Shown one piece after another: positions 38,792-49,869 of a stretch of 64,000 nucleotides of DNA. Origin of the DNA: an uncultured delta proteobacterium (GTDB lineage Bacteria; Desulfobacterota; Binatia; UBA9968); assembly GCA_963847445.1 (NCBI GenBank), contig CAWJZV010000041.1, positions 78,848-142,847 on the forward strand, in the 5' to 3' direction. Positions within the stretch are counted from its first letter, which is position 1. Each line of letters opens with the position of its first letter. A program made the position numbers and the translations under genes. Below the pieces are notes generated by a model. The model was not told where the DNA came from. It saw nothing but the letters and a program-made list of their open reading frames with translations, and did no database searches.

Positions 38792-40253
38792 ATGTCGGAG
38801 GGGTTGACGATTGCTCAAGGCGATAACCGATTGGTTTTGTTGCCGCGTATGGCGAACCGCCATGGTCTGATCGCCGGTGCCACCGGAACCGGCAAGACGG
38901 TGACGCTACGGGTGATGGCGGAGAGTTTTAGCCGCATCGGCGTGCCGGTATTTATGGCGGATGTGAAAGGCGATTTATCGGGTATCGCTCAAGCCTGGCA
39001 CGGCGAATCCTAAAATCGGCGAACGGGTCGCCAAGCTCGCCATCGAAGGATTTCAATTTTCCGCCTATCCCGTGGTCTTCTGGGATCTCTTCGGCGAACA
39101 AGGCCATCCGGTGCGGACCACCATCTCGGACATGGGGCCGCTGCTCATGGCACGCTTGCTCAATCTTAACGAGACCCAGAGCGGCGTGCTGACGATGGTC
39201 TTCAAAATCGCCGATGACAACGGCATGCTGCTGCTCGATTTGAAAGATCTGCGCGCCATGCTGCAACATGTCGGCGACAACGCGGCGCAGTTCAAAACCC
39301 AATATGGCAATGTCTCGGCGGCGAGCGTCGGGGCGATCCAGCGCGGCCTGTTGGGACTCGAAGAGCAGGGCGCCGACAGGTTTTTCGGCGAGCCGGCGCT
39401 CGATCTCGAAGATCTGATGCAGACCGACAGCCAAGGGCGCGGTGTGATCAATATTCTTACCGCCGATAAGCTCATCAATGCGCCCAAGCTCTACGCGACG
39501 TTCTTACTCTGGCTGCTGTCCGAGTTATTCGAACGCTTGCCGGAGGTGGGCGATCCGGAGAAACCCAAGCTGGCATTTTTCTTCGACGAAGCGCATCTGC
39601 TTTTCAACGATGCGCCCAATGTCTTGCTGGAGAAGATCGAGCAGGTGATCCGCCTGATCCGTTCCAAAGGCGTCGGCGTTTACTTCGTGACGCAGAATCC
39701 CCTCGACGTGCCCGATGTCGTGCTCGGCCAGTTGGGCAATCGCGTGCAGCATGCGCTGCGGGCGTTCACGCCGCGGGATCAGAAGGCGGTGAAAGCCGCG
39801 GCGACAACTTTTCGGCAGAACAAAGACATCGACGTCGAAACCGGCGATCACCGAACTCGGCGTCGGCGAAGCGCTGGTGTCGTTTCTCAACGACAAAGGC
39901 CAACCGACGGTGGTCGAGCGCGCGCTGATCTATCCGCCGCAAAGCCAGCTGCCGCCGTTGACTGCCGGCGAGCGCGAGCAGATCGTCAAGCAGGTTCAAC
40001 GCTCTACGGCCATTATGAAAAGATCGTCGACCGCGACTCGGCCTACGAGATGCTCAAGGCCCGCGCGCCGCAGGCAGAAGCCGGGCCGGCGCCAGCGCAG
40101 AGCGGCGTCGGTTGGCAGGGCGAAGCCGGGAAATTGCTCGGCGCCCTAAGTAAAAGCGCCGCGCATGCGATCGGCAGCCAAGTTGGCAGAGAGATTATCC
40201 GCGGCGTCTTGGGATCGATCTTCGGTTCGACGACGACGCGAAGAAGGAGATAG
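38792..40253 (+). CDS. HerA-like ATPase, DUF853/YjgR family (frameshifted)
   Basis: [48 protein letters not shown]. Confidence 0.92.
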
Positions 40254-40258
40254 GATTC

Positions 40259-40432
40259 TTTAACCGCAAAGTACGCAAAGAACGCAAAAAAGATTTCTGA
40301 ATCGTCGGGGCAGGTTTGCAAACCCGCCCTTTTAGATTGTGTCGGCGGTTCGTTCGAAAATCTTGCTTGCAGGCTGATCTCTTCCAGTCGCTCTTCTTTT
40401 CTTACCTTTGCGTTCTCTGCGTACTTTGCGGT
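40259..40432. repeat. Composite palindromic element between convergent genes
   Basis: ttaaccgcaaagtacgcaaagaacgcaaa, REP-like hairpin, then inverted ctttgcgttctctgcgtactttgcggt. Confidence 0.85.
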
Positions 40433-40441
40433 GAAATATTC

Positions 40442-41615
40442 TTACGGTCTTTCCACCGGCAACGGCTCGTAGATCATGTCGCCGCGTATGGCGTAGACGG
40501 GTGTAATCGTTTGCTTGGCTGGAATCATGCCTTTTTGCGAGTCGAGCGCTTGCCACTCTCGGTCTTCAATCTTCAAAACTGAAATTTCCGCCTGATCGCC
40601 GACGCGCAGGGTGCCGAGCTGCCCGGTTCGGCCCAGGAGCTTCGCGGCGTTGGCCGTCGCCATTTCGACTACCTGATTCAGGGTAAATCCCAGCGCCATC
40701 AGTTTCGCCATGGTCGTCGGCAGATCGTAGACCGGGCCGGCGCGGTTGCCGCGGTGGCCGTCGGTGGAGACGCCGTCGGGGTGGAGCCCCTGGTCGAGCA
40801 CCTTGCGGGCGACGTCGAAGTTCAAATTATGCAGACCGTGGCCGACGTCCATGAGCACGCCGGTTGCTTTGGCGTCGCGCACCTGCGGCCACAGTTTGCC
40901 ATTGGCGTCGAGCAAGCCGCCCGGATGCACGGTGAACATATGGGTGATGATGTCGCCGGGGACGAGATACTTGAGCACGTCGCCGATGGCGACCGGCTCG
41001 GTGCCCTTGGTCCAGCTCTCGCCGATATGAATCAGCAACGGTATCTTGAGCGCGTCGCCGAGTTTGCGCGCGCGCTCCAGCGGCTTCAGCCCCTGCGCGC
41101 CCAGCGCGCCGCCGGTGGCCATGATCTTGATGCCGACGATGATGTCGCGGTTGGCTTCGACCGCCTGCTCGATCTTCGCTTCGTCGATCAAGCGCGGGTC
41201 GGCGAGGATGCTGTAGCCCGGACCGCTGACGCCGCCGAGGGTCGACAGATTGATATAGTTCAGCACCCGCGTCTTGGCGTTGTCGGTGACGTAGTTGCGA
41301 AAGACATTGAGCAGCGTATGACCGGCGCTGCCGGCGTCGACGACTGTGGTTACGCCCGAGCCGACGCCGAAAATATCCGGGTCGACGCCAAAGGCGCCGA
41401 GCCCTTTCATCAAGTGTAGATGAACGTCGATCAAGCCCGGCGTGACGATGCATTCTTTGGCGTCGATGACGGATGGCGCCGTCGGCGTCGAGATTCGCGC
41501 CGATCGCTTCAATCTTGCCGTCGACGACGCGAATGTCGAACGAGCCATCTCTGCCGCTCGCCGGGTCGATCAGTCGGCCGCCTTTAACTAAGAAATTAGA
41601 GATTCGTTGCGACAT
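40442..41615 (-). CDS. Amidohydrolase/deacetylase-family metallohydrolase (dihydroorotase-like; indel near 41470)
   Basis: GGRLIDP, PGLIDVHLH, GVTTVVDAGSAG, IVGIK, DVGHG, STD. Confidence 0.88.
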
Positions 41616-41632
41616 TTGCGTGGATGAGCAAG

Positions 41633-41884
41633 TTAAGCCGATGCTCGGCGCTTCTTCGTCGGTGTGGAACGAAAAGCCGTCGTGGCCAGTTGCAGCAGCG
41701 AGCGCAGCGTATCGTTGACTATCTTGTCGTTGGGAAACGCCTTCGCGATTTCCGGTTCAAGGAGTACAACATTCGTCGTGGCTGCGATGTTCTTGGCGTA
41801 TTTGCCGCGCACCATCGCGCCAAAGTCCGATCGCTTATATTCACGCCGAAGCCCATCCGACTTCTGCGATTTAGCCTTCTTCAT
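41633..41884 (-). CDS. Putative antitoxin partner of BrnT
   Basis: Overlaps the brnT stop; LRREY.., VRGKYA, VLLEPEIAKAFP..VNDTLR. Confidence 0.7.
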   Translation of the reverse strand: MKKAKSQKSDGLRREYKRSDFGAMVRGKYAKNIAATTNVVLLEPEIAKAFPNDKIVNDTLRSLLQLATTAFRSTPTKKRRASA

Positions 41885-42149
41885 AAATGCTCCGTTCTTT
41901 TTTCGTCGCTAGACGCGCCGTGATGATGCGAATCGTGTCTTCACGTTCCGCAAAGCCCACCACCAATAATCGCCGGCGAGACGACAGCCCGAATGTGATG
42001 AAGCGTTCTTCTTCATCAGAGTGGTCCGGGTCTCGGCCGGTCGTCGAAAGTGGATCGCGAAGAGCGGTCGTTGCTTCATGAAAGCTGACACCATGTTTAC
42101 GGAGATTTGAAGTAGCTTTCTTCGGATCCCACGCGAATTTCACAGCCAA
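41871..42149 (-). CDS. brnT: BrnT-family ribonuclease toxin
   Basis: FAWDPKKA.SNLRKHGVSF, HSDEEER, IRIITAR.ATKKER. Confidence 0.9.
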   Translation of the reverse strand: MAVKFAWDPKKATSNLRKHGVSFHEATTALRDPLSTTGRDPDHSDEEERFITFGLSSRRRLLVVGFAEREDTIRIITARLATKKERSIYEEG

Positions 42150-42230
42150 GGTATAGCTGAAACCGGCTGTGAACCCAAGGAATCACAACAAGATTACGGG
42201 CCCTTGCCGCCTGAACTCGTGCGATCGCAT

Positions 42231-43407
42231 TCAAGTCGTATAATACGCATTCTCTTTCACGTAGCCTTCGGTCAAATCGCAGCCCCAGACGCGAGCCGAT
42301 GCTTTGCCGATGCCGAGCTCGACGCCGATGGCAACTTCGGACTGGCTGAGATATTTCCGCAGCGCTTCGAGATCGCAGTCGACAGGGGAGCCTTTTTTGA
42401 AAACGGCGGTGGCGCCGAATCGAATGGTGACTTTGGCCGGGTCGATGCTCGGATCGAAGGATCTTGCCCACTGCCATGATCACCCGGCCCCAGTTGGGAT
42501 CGGAGCCGTAGACCGCGGTTTTCACCAGCGGCGAATTGGCGACCAACTTCGCCACCCGTTGCGCTTGCGCAGCCGTCTTGGCGCGACTGACGTCGACGGT
42601 GATGAGTTTGGTCACGCCTTCGCCGTTGCGGGCGATTTCGCGGGTGAGATATTCGCAGACCTGGAACAAGTCCCTTTTCAAATTGCGGCAGCTTCACTTT
42701 GCCGGCGAGTCCGTTCGCCATCAGCACGACGGTGTCGCTGGTGCTGGTGTCGGTGTCGATGCTCATGCAGTTAAACGTCCGGTCGACGACGCGCTTGAGC
42801 ATCGGCTTCATCGCCGCCTTCGGCAATTCGGCATCGGTCATCAGGTAGACCAACATGGTCGCCATGTTGGGCTCGATCATGCCGGCGCCCTTGGCGATGC
42901 CGGCGATGGTCGCTTTGCCGACCTCGGACCGAGATGTACTTGGGATACATGTCGGTGGTCATGATCGCTTCGGCGGCGAGTTTCAGATTATCCGGCTTCA
43001 GCTCGCCGCGAATGCCTTTTAGCCCGGCGCGAATCTTATCCATCGGCAAGCGGCCGGCCGATGACACCGGTGGAGAAAGGCAGGACATCGTATGGATCGA
43101 CGCCCAGTTCTGCACCAACGATCCGGCAGGTCTCGACGGCGTTGTCGATGCCCTGCTTGCCCATGGCGACGTTGGCGTTCTTGCTGTTGATCACCAGCGC
43201 TTGGGCAAAGCCGTTGGCGATATGCTTGCGCCCGACGATCACCGGCGCGCCGGGAAAACGGTTGCGCGTAAACATCGCCGCCGCCCGCGCGCGCACAGTG
43301 GAAAAGATCACCGTCAAGTCGAGCGTCGAATCTTTGATGCCGACGTTTTTGGCGAGGGCGAGAAAACCTTGAGGGTGGTGGAATTCCGTGGGTGGTGTGT
43401 GCTGCAT
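42231..43407 (-). CDS. argJ: Bifunctional ornithine acetyltransferase/N-acetylglutamate synthase (several indels)
   Basis: NSKNAN, STGVIG, AIMTTD, GIAKGAGMIEPNMATML, DTSTSD, GEGVTK, SPLVKTAVYGSDPNWGR, WGCDL..GYV.ENAYYTT*. Confidence 0.93.
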
Positions 43408-43535
43408 CTTTCGTGCCTACTTCAAAAATAATTTTCAGAGTCGGAGCATAACACAGCCATGGACAAATTTAAGGGCCGCTATGACCACATTTTTGAAGTT
43501 GGGGCCGATGCTCAACCTAATTGTGCTCGGTGTTC

Positions 43536-44258
43536 TCAACCACGTCCAGCCTTGCACACGAAATACAGCCGCTCCGACCGGTCCGATGGCCGCGCGCCTT
43601 CGGGATCGAACACTTTGACTTCGGTGAAACAGGCTCGCAAGGCAGTCAGAATGCGCTGCATCGGAAACGCCGTCTCTTCGATGGTCTCGGCGATGAGTTT
43701 ATAGTCATCGCGTTTGCGGTGTTCAAAGATTTTCACGTCCCATGCGAATACTCCTGCCCGCCCGCCGTTCACTCTAATGACCACTAGATCCCGGCCGAAC
43801 TGTGTAACCCACGGCGGACCTTCGACGAGACGTTGCAGCTTGCCCGTGGTATTTACATCACAAACAAAAACTCCGCCGGAATTGAGATGGCCGGCAACGC
43901 CTCGAAAGGTTTTCTTCCAGTCAGAAAATCGCCGCAGGTGATTGATCGAGTCGAAGGCGCAGACGATGGCGTCGAACCGGCGGTCGATGTGAAAACTCGT
44001 CATGTCCTGCCGGAAAAGACGGATATGCGGCAGTTTCGCGCGCGCGATCGCGAGCATGGGCCGGGAGCGATCGAGGCCGGTGACATCGTAGGATTCTGAC
44101 AAGCGGCCCAATAGGCCGCCAGTGCCGCAGGCGATTTCCAACAGCGTCTTTGCGCGCGGATGGTGATGCTCGATGAGATCGCGAATGTAATTCGCCGCAT
44201 CCGCTCGATCGCCCATGACCTGGTCGTAGAACCTTGAGAATCTGTCGTAGGGCATCAT
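43536..44258 (-). CDS. Class I SAM-dependent methyltransferase
   Basis: LEIACGTG, GLDRS, QDM, GGVF. Confidence 0.9.
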   Translation of the reverse strand: MMPYDRFSRFYDQVMGDRADAANYIRDLIEHHHPRAKTLLEIACGTGGLLGRLSESYDVTGLDRSRPMLAIARAKLPHIRLFRQDMTSFHIDRRFDAIVCAFDSINHLRRFSDWKKTFRGVAGHLNSGGVFVCDVNTTGKLQRLVEGPPWVTQFGRDLVVIRVNGGRAGVFAWDVKIFEHRKRDDYKLIAETIEETAFPMQRILTALRACFTEVKVFDPEGARPSDRSERLYFVCKAGRG

Positions 44259-44439
44259 CGGTTACGGTGTTACTTTGAGCGCAGCGATTTTCGCGTCAAG
44301 ATGAAATCTTTTCCACGGTCCGAAAGGTTTTTCGTGATGGTTATCAAGCGAGGCGCGGCAAATTTGCCGAAGACTCAAGCGAGGCGGAGGCTAAACGGTT
44401 GAGGCTGGCGCACTTGCGCACTCAAATGGTGCGCTAGCG

Positions 44440-45327
44440 TTACTTGCGCTGTGCGAGAATCTTCAGGGCAGCTTTTTTGACTTTCATGTCCCGGTCATCG
44501 AGCAGAGCTTCTATCTCCTTTGGAAATCCTTGCATCGCCGCCTGGGCGGCATCCTCGGCTAATCTTTTAATCGCCAAGCCGCGAATTCTCGGGTCGGTAT
44601 CCTTAAGAAGCTTTCGGTAAACTTCGAGGTGGTCTCGCGTCTTGGCCAACAGGCCGAAACAAGCGAGCGCATCGAAGCGCACGGCGGATTCATCATGTTC
44701 CAAGCACTGCAGATAGACGTTGATGACGTCCTGCCGTTTCGCGGCGAAGCGCCAGAGGTTGAGCAGGATGGCGTGCTTTTGTTCCGAACCACCGTGCTCC
44801 AGCCGTTCTAGCAGAAGCGGCAGGATGCGATCGTCCCTGAGATTGCACAGCGCATTCACCGCGGTTTGCCGGACTTGCTCGTCGCTGTCATAGAGCCGCT
44901 CGATCAGGGGAATCCCCGCCTCAACGTTTCCCTTCCATCCCAACGCGAAGGTTGCGTGGAGTCTCAGATCGCGATCTGAGCTTGCGATATCCTTGAGGAG
45001 CTTGTCGATCAACGATTGAGCATCTTTCAACAACGGACCCATGACGCTTATCTGGATCGCGGCGTGCTGGCGAATTTCGTCGTCTTCCGCGCTATCGGTC
45101 ATGATTTCATACAACGGCCCAATGCATTGTTCATTGGCGAAGGTGCCGAGCACGAATAGTATTTCTCTTTTAAGCTCCCCGTCGGCGTGCTTGAGAGCTC
45201 TTAAGAGCAAAGGAATCGCCTGATCGCGCTCGTCAATGAACAGGTCGACGGATTCAACGTAATTCTGAGCTTTCTCAAGAATTCGTTGTTTCGAGTCGAA
45301 TTCGATTACGCGGGTAGTTTTTTTCAT
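44440..45327 (-). CDS. HEAT-repeat (PBS-lyase-like) protein
   Basis: Repeated L.D.D..VR..A..AL units. Confidence 0.82.
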   Translation of the reverse strand: MKKTTRVIEFDSKQRILEKAQNYVESVDLFIDERDQAIPLLLRALKHADGELKREILFVLGTFANEQCIGPLYEIMTDSAEDDEIRQHAAIQISVMGPLLKDAQSLIDKLLKDIASSDRDLRLHATFALGWKGNVEAGIPLIERLYDSDEQVRQTAVNALCNLRDDRILPLLLERLEHGGSEQKHAILLNLWRFAAKRQDVINVYLQCLEHDESAVRFDALACFGLLAKTRDHLEVYRKLLKDTDPRIRGLAIKRLAEDAAQAAMQGFPKEIEALLDDRDMKVKKAALKILAQRK

Positions 45328-45369
45328 AAAATCGGGATCGCGAGGATGGATGACTTTTCACGCATCGTG

Positions 45370-45882
45370 AATTCCAGTTGCCAAGCTTTGGAACGACATG
45401 CCATCCAACAATTATCAGATCGCGCTCCACGCCGTCCAGCTCGGCGACGCGCGGCAAATACGCCCCAGCGGTGAAAGCCGAATTTCTCGAATAGCTGCAG
45501 GCTAGCGTCGTTATGGGCGAAGATGAAACCGAGGAGAGTTTTCAACCCCAAGTCGCGGCGCCTGCACGATCGCTTGAGAGAGCAGCGCGTTGCCGATTCC
45601 TTTGCGCTGCCAGCTTGGAGCGATGTAAATGCTCAACTCAGCGGTCGCTTGATACGCCGGGCGGCCGTAGAACGACTGAAAGCTGAGCCATCCGGCGATC
45701 TCGTCGTTTTCCAGCGCGACCCAAAGCGGCCGCGCGTTCGGATGGTGTTCATGGAACCAGTCACTCCGGCTTTCGACGGTTACCGGTTGGGTATCGGCCG
45801 TGGCCGTGCGTCCTGGAATCGACGCGTTGTAAATTGCGACGATGGCCGGAAGATCAGCTTCTATGGCATCTCGAATCGTCAA
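45370..45882 (-). CDS. GNAT acetyltransferase, phosphinothricin/YncA-like (frameshifted, 3' end approximate)
   Basis: IYNASIPGRTATAD, FYGRPAY, SIYIAP..RKGIG, HNDAS..LFEKFGF. Confidence 0.85.
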
Positions 45883-45941
45883 TGTAGAATCCGTAGCGCG
45901 GGTTTAATCCCGACTTCAAAACTGTTTCAGCGAAAAGGAAA

Positions 45942-46721
45942 GTGTTAAAAAGCAACCGACGGCAATTTCATTACCACACTCTGGAAACGGAGGGTATCTT
46001 GAACGAAACGGAGCATAGGCTCGACCGCTACGTGGGGCACCTCACCGAAGGGGTGCTACGGTTTCGGAACGAGTTGGCCGTAGGCAGTGAAGCACCTGAT
46101 TTTGCGTTGCCCTCGCTCGATGGTGACCTCGTGCGTTTGTCCAAGTTTCGCGGCAAGTCCAACGTGGTGCTGATCTTCGGCAGCTTCACTTGTGGCTCGA
46201 CGGTCACGCAACTGCGGGCGGGAATCCACCACTCGGGGAATTGTATCGCGCGGATATAGGCGGAAGGGGTTTGAGTTCTTCTTGGTCTACAGTGTCGAGA
46301 TGCATCCCGGCGAATCGTGTCCCGCGGCCGTTGACCTTTGAGCAGCGTGTGGAGCATGCGCTGCGGCTCAAGAAAGAAGAGAATGTGCCGTTTCCGATTA
46401 TCGTCGACGGCATCGGCAATGAAGTTCGCAAGCTCTATCACGCACTTACGAATCCTAGTCTTTATCATCGACCGCGACGGGGTCGTTGGTTTACAAGTCG
46501 TCCTGGACTTGGGCGCCGGACTTAGAGCAAGTGCTCACCGAGTTGGTCGCTTACGAGAAGAGCGAAGATCCAAGAATCAAATGGTACGGATGTGTTATTC
46601 GGAAAACCTTGTTGGCCTAACGCGCAACGCCAAGATCAGCGCTCAAGTTCACAGACGCGCTGGCCCACAGGCGGTGAAAACGTTCCAGGTGCTGAAGCGG
46701 AAAGAGGGGATAAAGGGGTGA
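45942..46721 (+). CDS. Deiodinase-like / peroxiredoxin-fold protein (frameshifted)
   Basis: GSEAPDF.L, VLIFGSFTCGS, YSVEMHPG, IVDGIGN...Y, FIIDRDG across three frames. Confidence 0.7.
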
Positions 46722-46767
46722 CTGGTCGTCTTGGAGTGTTACTGCCCAGGCAGCGTTTAGGTGCCAT

Positions 46768-47154
46768 TTACAATTGGCCAATCTCCTGTACCAGCAAGCG
46801 GTGATTCTCTCGGATCAATCGGTCCGTTGTACATAAGGGCACACGGCGGGCGGAACTGTGGGCTACAAGCAACCGGTCGAAGGGGTCACGGGTCCAGCTC
46901 AGGACCTGAGCATGACTATTCAGTGCCATGATACCAATGTCGTCAACAACAAATCGCGGATCGCGCATGACGGTCTGGGTGAATCCGGGGTTGTTCACTG
47001 CGAGCTTTCCGACCTCTGACAAAAATTGAATCTCCAGCAGAGATACCGGTGAGACACCCCAAGGACGATAGAGCGCCAACCAAGGGAACTGTCTTAGCCG
47101 TTTGGTGTTCAGGACAATCCAAACGAGAAAATGCGTGTCGAGGAGCGTGCTCAT
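46768..47154 (-). CDS. vapC: VapC/PIN-domain toxin
   Basis: LLDTHFLVW, SPVSLLEI, RDPFDRLLVA, TTD. Confidence 0.88.
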   Translation of the reverse strand: MSTLLDTHFLVWIVLNTKRLRQFPWLALYRPWGVSPVSLLEIQFLSEVGKLAVNNPGFTQTVMRDPRFVVDDIGIMALNSHAQVLSWTRDPFDRLLVAHSSARRVPLCTTDRLIRENHRLLVQEIGQL

Positions 47155-47414
47155 TTACGCGAACGCTTCCTGAGCCTCAGCCCGCGTTCAGGACGCCAGT
47201 CCCATGACCACTGATCTGCTTCGTCAGCTCGCGGGACTTTCAGGAGTTTCTTGTAAGAAAGTTCGTTCGAATCGCGGGTTGGCTGAGCGGGATCTTCGCG
47301 CCGAAGCACGACTCGCTGCCCTTTGCGTTCCACCGCGATGACTTCGCCGCGAAGGGCATCATCAAGAAGCTGAAACCAATGCTTTCGAGCTTCAGAGGCT
47401 TTGACCTGTTTCAT
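47151..47414 (-). CDS. Phd/YefM-like antitoxin
   Basis: MKQVKASEARKHWFQLLD..GE; ATGA overlap with vapC. Confidence 0.75.
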   Translation of the reverse strand: MKQVKASEARKHWFQLLDDALRGEVIAVERKGQRVVLRREDPAQPTRDSNELSYKKLLKVPRADEADQWSWDWRPERGLRLRKRSRK

Positions 47415-47552
47415 GTGCGTACAATGTACAACAGTTAACCAGTTGCCGTCAACCAAGTCGGAATCCCGTTTCCCCGCGAAATTGTGTGAACTTAAGGACA
47501 ATGATATCGGGCATCGGATCGTCGAGGAATTCTTCTTGTGCGATATCGCCGC

Positions 47553-48274
47553 TTATTTCCTGGTTGAAGTGGTTATACCCGTTCCAGCCCGTGTGCATTT
47601 CAATAGGTTGTTAAGGGAATTGATTGTCGCCCCCTGCCACTCCCGCGCTTCTCGCCGGACTTCGCTGTGCGATTCCGATGTCTTGATCAATACTGGATGC
47701 ATGCCCACTTGCGCGGCTGCGGCCAGTTCGTAGTTTTCACCGTCGGCGACGTACAGGCATTCTTCAGGCTGCGACGCCGAGTCGTTCGCAGGCGAGCTGA
47801 TAGATCTGCTTAGCGGGCTTCTTGATCCGTTCGCGGCTGGAGAAGACTGTCGAATCGAAAAGTTCAGCGAATACGGTTTCCGGCCAGACGATGGGGATTT
47901 CGATGGAGCAATTGCTCAGCAAGCCGATCTTGAAACCGTCGTCTCTTAGTTGTGCCAAGGTTCGACGGCGTCCGGCTTCGTGGCGTCAGCGCGCGCCGGG
48001 TGAGTTGCAAGCGGGTTTCAACTGCCTTAGTCATTTGCTCGTCTGTCACCGACGCGCCGATGATATTGCAAACGTAATTGATGCTCGCCTCGACGGTTTG
48101 AAACTCGCCCAGACTTCGCCGGTCGGTCAGTTGTCGCCAGTGCTGCATGAAGGGATCGTAGGGTAAACCGAGCGCCGCGGGGAACTCTGCATGGTTCGAA
48201 CCGGCGGAGGCCGCGGCGAAGTCGTCGACGATGGTCCCGAATAGGTCGAAAATGATAGTGCTAATCTCCATCAA
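47553..48274 (-). CDS. HAD-superfamily hydrolase (frameshifted)
   Basis: FDLFGT, LLSN, KKP...IY, YVADG. Confidence 0.82.
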
Positions 48275-49464
48275 AAAACATCCATGGTCGGAAATTTAGC
48301 TTCGCCATTTATACAGTCCCACAGATACACGGCAAGGCCGACGTCGCCTGTCCAGAGCGAGTAGCGGCGGTGGCCGTACTCCCTGGCGTGCCGCTCGCTC
48401 TGCTCGATGGCGTGCATCGCGAATGCACGCGCACGTTCCAGCCACTTTGCGTCGCCGGTCCTGCGATAGAGTTTTAGCAAAGCGTAGCCATTGCCGGCGG
48501 TGCCGTGACAAAGGTTCGGGCCTTTTGTCAGTGGCCCCGCTCTCCATATGAGTTCGCCACCTTTTGCCAATAGTTGATCGAATACCTCGTCCGCACCGGA
48601 CGGGAGGTCGGCAAGACAGGTGATCATGCCCGGCGCGCCGTGACAATGTTGAACGAGTTTGCCCGTACCACCCAAGCCCGCGGGCCAATTGGCGTAGACA
48701 GCGTCGGCTTGCGCGCTTCGTTCAACGGTTTCCCGAGCCCGTGATTCGACAAGCGCCAGTGTTTGTGAGTCGAGATATTTGCGACCTTTGAGGATTGCGA
48801 AAACATTTGCCGCAAAACCATGAACAGCGCCAAGGTAAATACTCGACCGTCCATACATGTCCTGAGTCCAGACGTAGCAGTTGTGTTCCTCGTTCTTTTC
48901 CAGTTCGCTCATGAGCTGTCCAACATTTCGCACGTAGACTTCCTTCCAACGCTCATCGCCAGTCGACTCGAGCATAAAAAGCGCAGCCAACATGGTTCCA
49001 GGCGCGCCCCACATGAGTTCCCGCGCCGGGTTCGTCACGTTTGCCGCGACGGCAGGAAAGATCTGATCGGCCAGAGCATCGCTCGGAGAGAGGCGCCATT
49101 GCACCAGTAATATCCCGACATCACCCATCAGATACGAATTTGTCTGTGGGCCACGGAGCTGCATATCGGCGCGATTTTTCGCCGCCAGATCGACGAGCGA
49201 GTTCGCATAGTCGCGCTTCATCGCCGTCGCGCCAACGACGTTTAGATAATCCAGCGCCCATATGACTCCCGCCGCGCCGAAATAGAGCATTCTGAAAGGC
49301 TCAGTCGGTTTGTCGCTGAATTTGTCGAGAGGATGAATCGGCCAAAGCTTTTGCGGATCGAAACGCGCGTGAGTATCTCGGACGATCCGATCGATGGCTG
49401 CAAGTGCCAGTTCCTGGTTCCATTCTGCTTCGATGAGCGGTTCGTGTCTGGCTTCTTCGTACAT
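48271..49464 (-). CDS. LanC-like (lanthionine synthetase C family) protein, stand-alone
   Basis: YFGAAG, WGAPG, GAVHG, QHCHGAPG, NLCHGTAGNG, SLWTG..G; the Zn-ligand Cys-His motifs are present. Confidence 0.88.
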   Translation of the reverse strand: MYEEARHEPLIEAEWNQELALAAIDRIVRDTHARFDPQKLWPIHPLDKFSDKPTEPFRMLYFGAAGVIWALDYLNVVGATAMKRDYANSLVDLAAKNRADMQLRGPQTNSYLMGDVGILLVQWRLSPSDALADQIFPAVAANVTNPARELMWGAPGTMLAALFMLESTGDERWKEVYVRNVGQLMSELEKNEEHNCYVWTQDMYGRSSIYLGAVHGFAANVFAILKGRKYLDSQTLALVESRARETVERSAQADAVYANWPAGLGGTGKLVQHCHGAPGMITCLADLPSGADEVFDQLLAKGGELIWRAGPLTKGPNLCHGTAGNGYALLKLYRRTGDAKWLERARAFAMHAIEQSERHAREYGHRRYSLWTGDVGLAVYLWDCINGEAKFPTMDVF

Positions 49465-49869
49465 GAGAATGCCTTCGATATCAGCATCCGATGCCGTGCA
49501 AAAGGACGTCCCGCTCGGTCTTTTGGGATCGAGGACGGTTAGTCTCATGATAGTCGGCGCAGTAACGTTCACTGGACTTGATCGCCAGTGGCGATGCAGA
49601 TCATGTTGGCTCAGCTGCGGCGGCTTGCAGCCAAGCGCCGGCGCGATCGAGAAAATCCGATGCTGACTTGTAGCCGACAACTTTCATGGACTTGGGTTCC
49701 GATTCCGATTACTTGCGCACAGGTTAGCACAGTCGGCATTGTGCTTTCGCCATTCCCGTGCAGAACGGAACTCCATGACCTCATCCCCTCCTGGATTCCG
49801 GGTCGCGCCGGCGATTGCCAGCTTGCTCGGAATGACGGACAAATAGGATCCCGAATGGCGTGCGCGGCT

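Noticed and set aside
46185-46260. Selenocysteine recoding in the deiodinase-like gene
   Set aside because: The active-site codon is TGT, not TGA, and no convincing SECIS was identified.
49465-49869. Lanthipeptide precursor between the S9 peptidase and the LanC-like gene
   Set aside because: The short Cys/Ser/Thr-containing frames lack an RBS and a leader-like pattern, part of the gap is a hairpin repeat, and no dehydratase is present.
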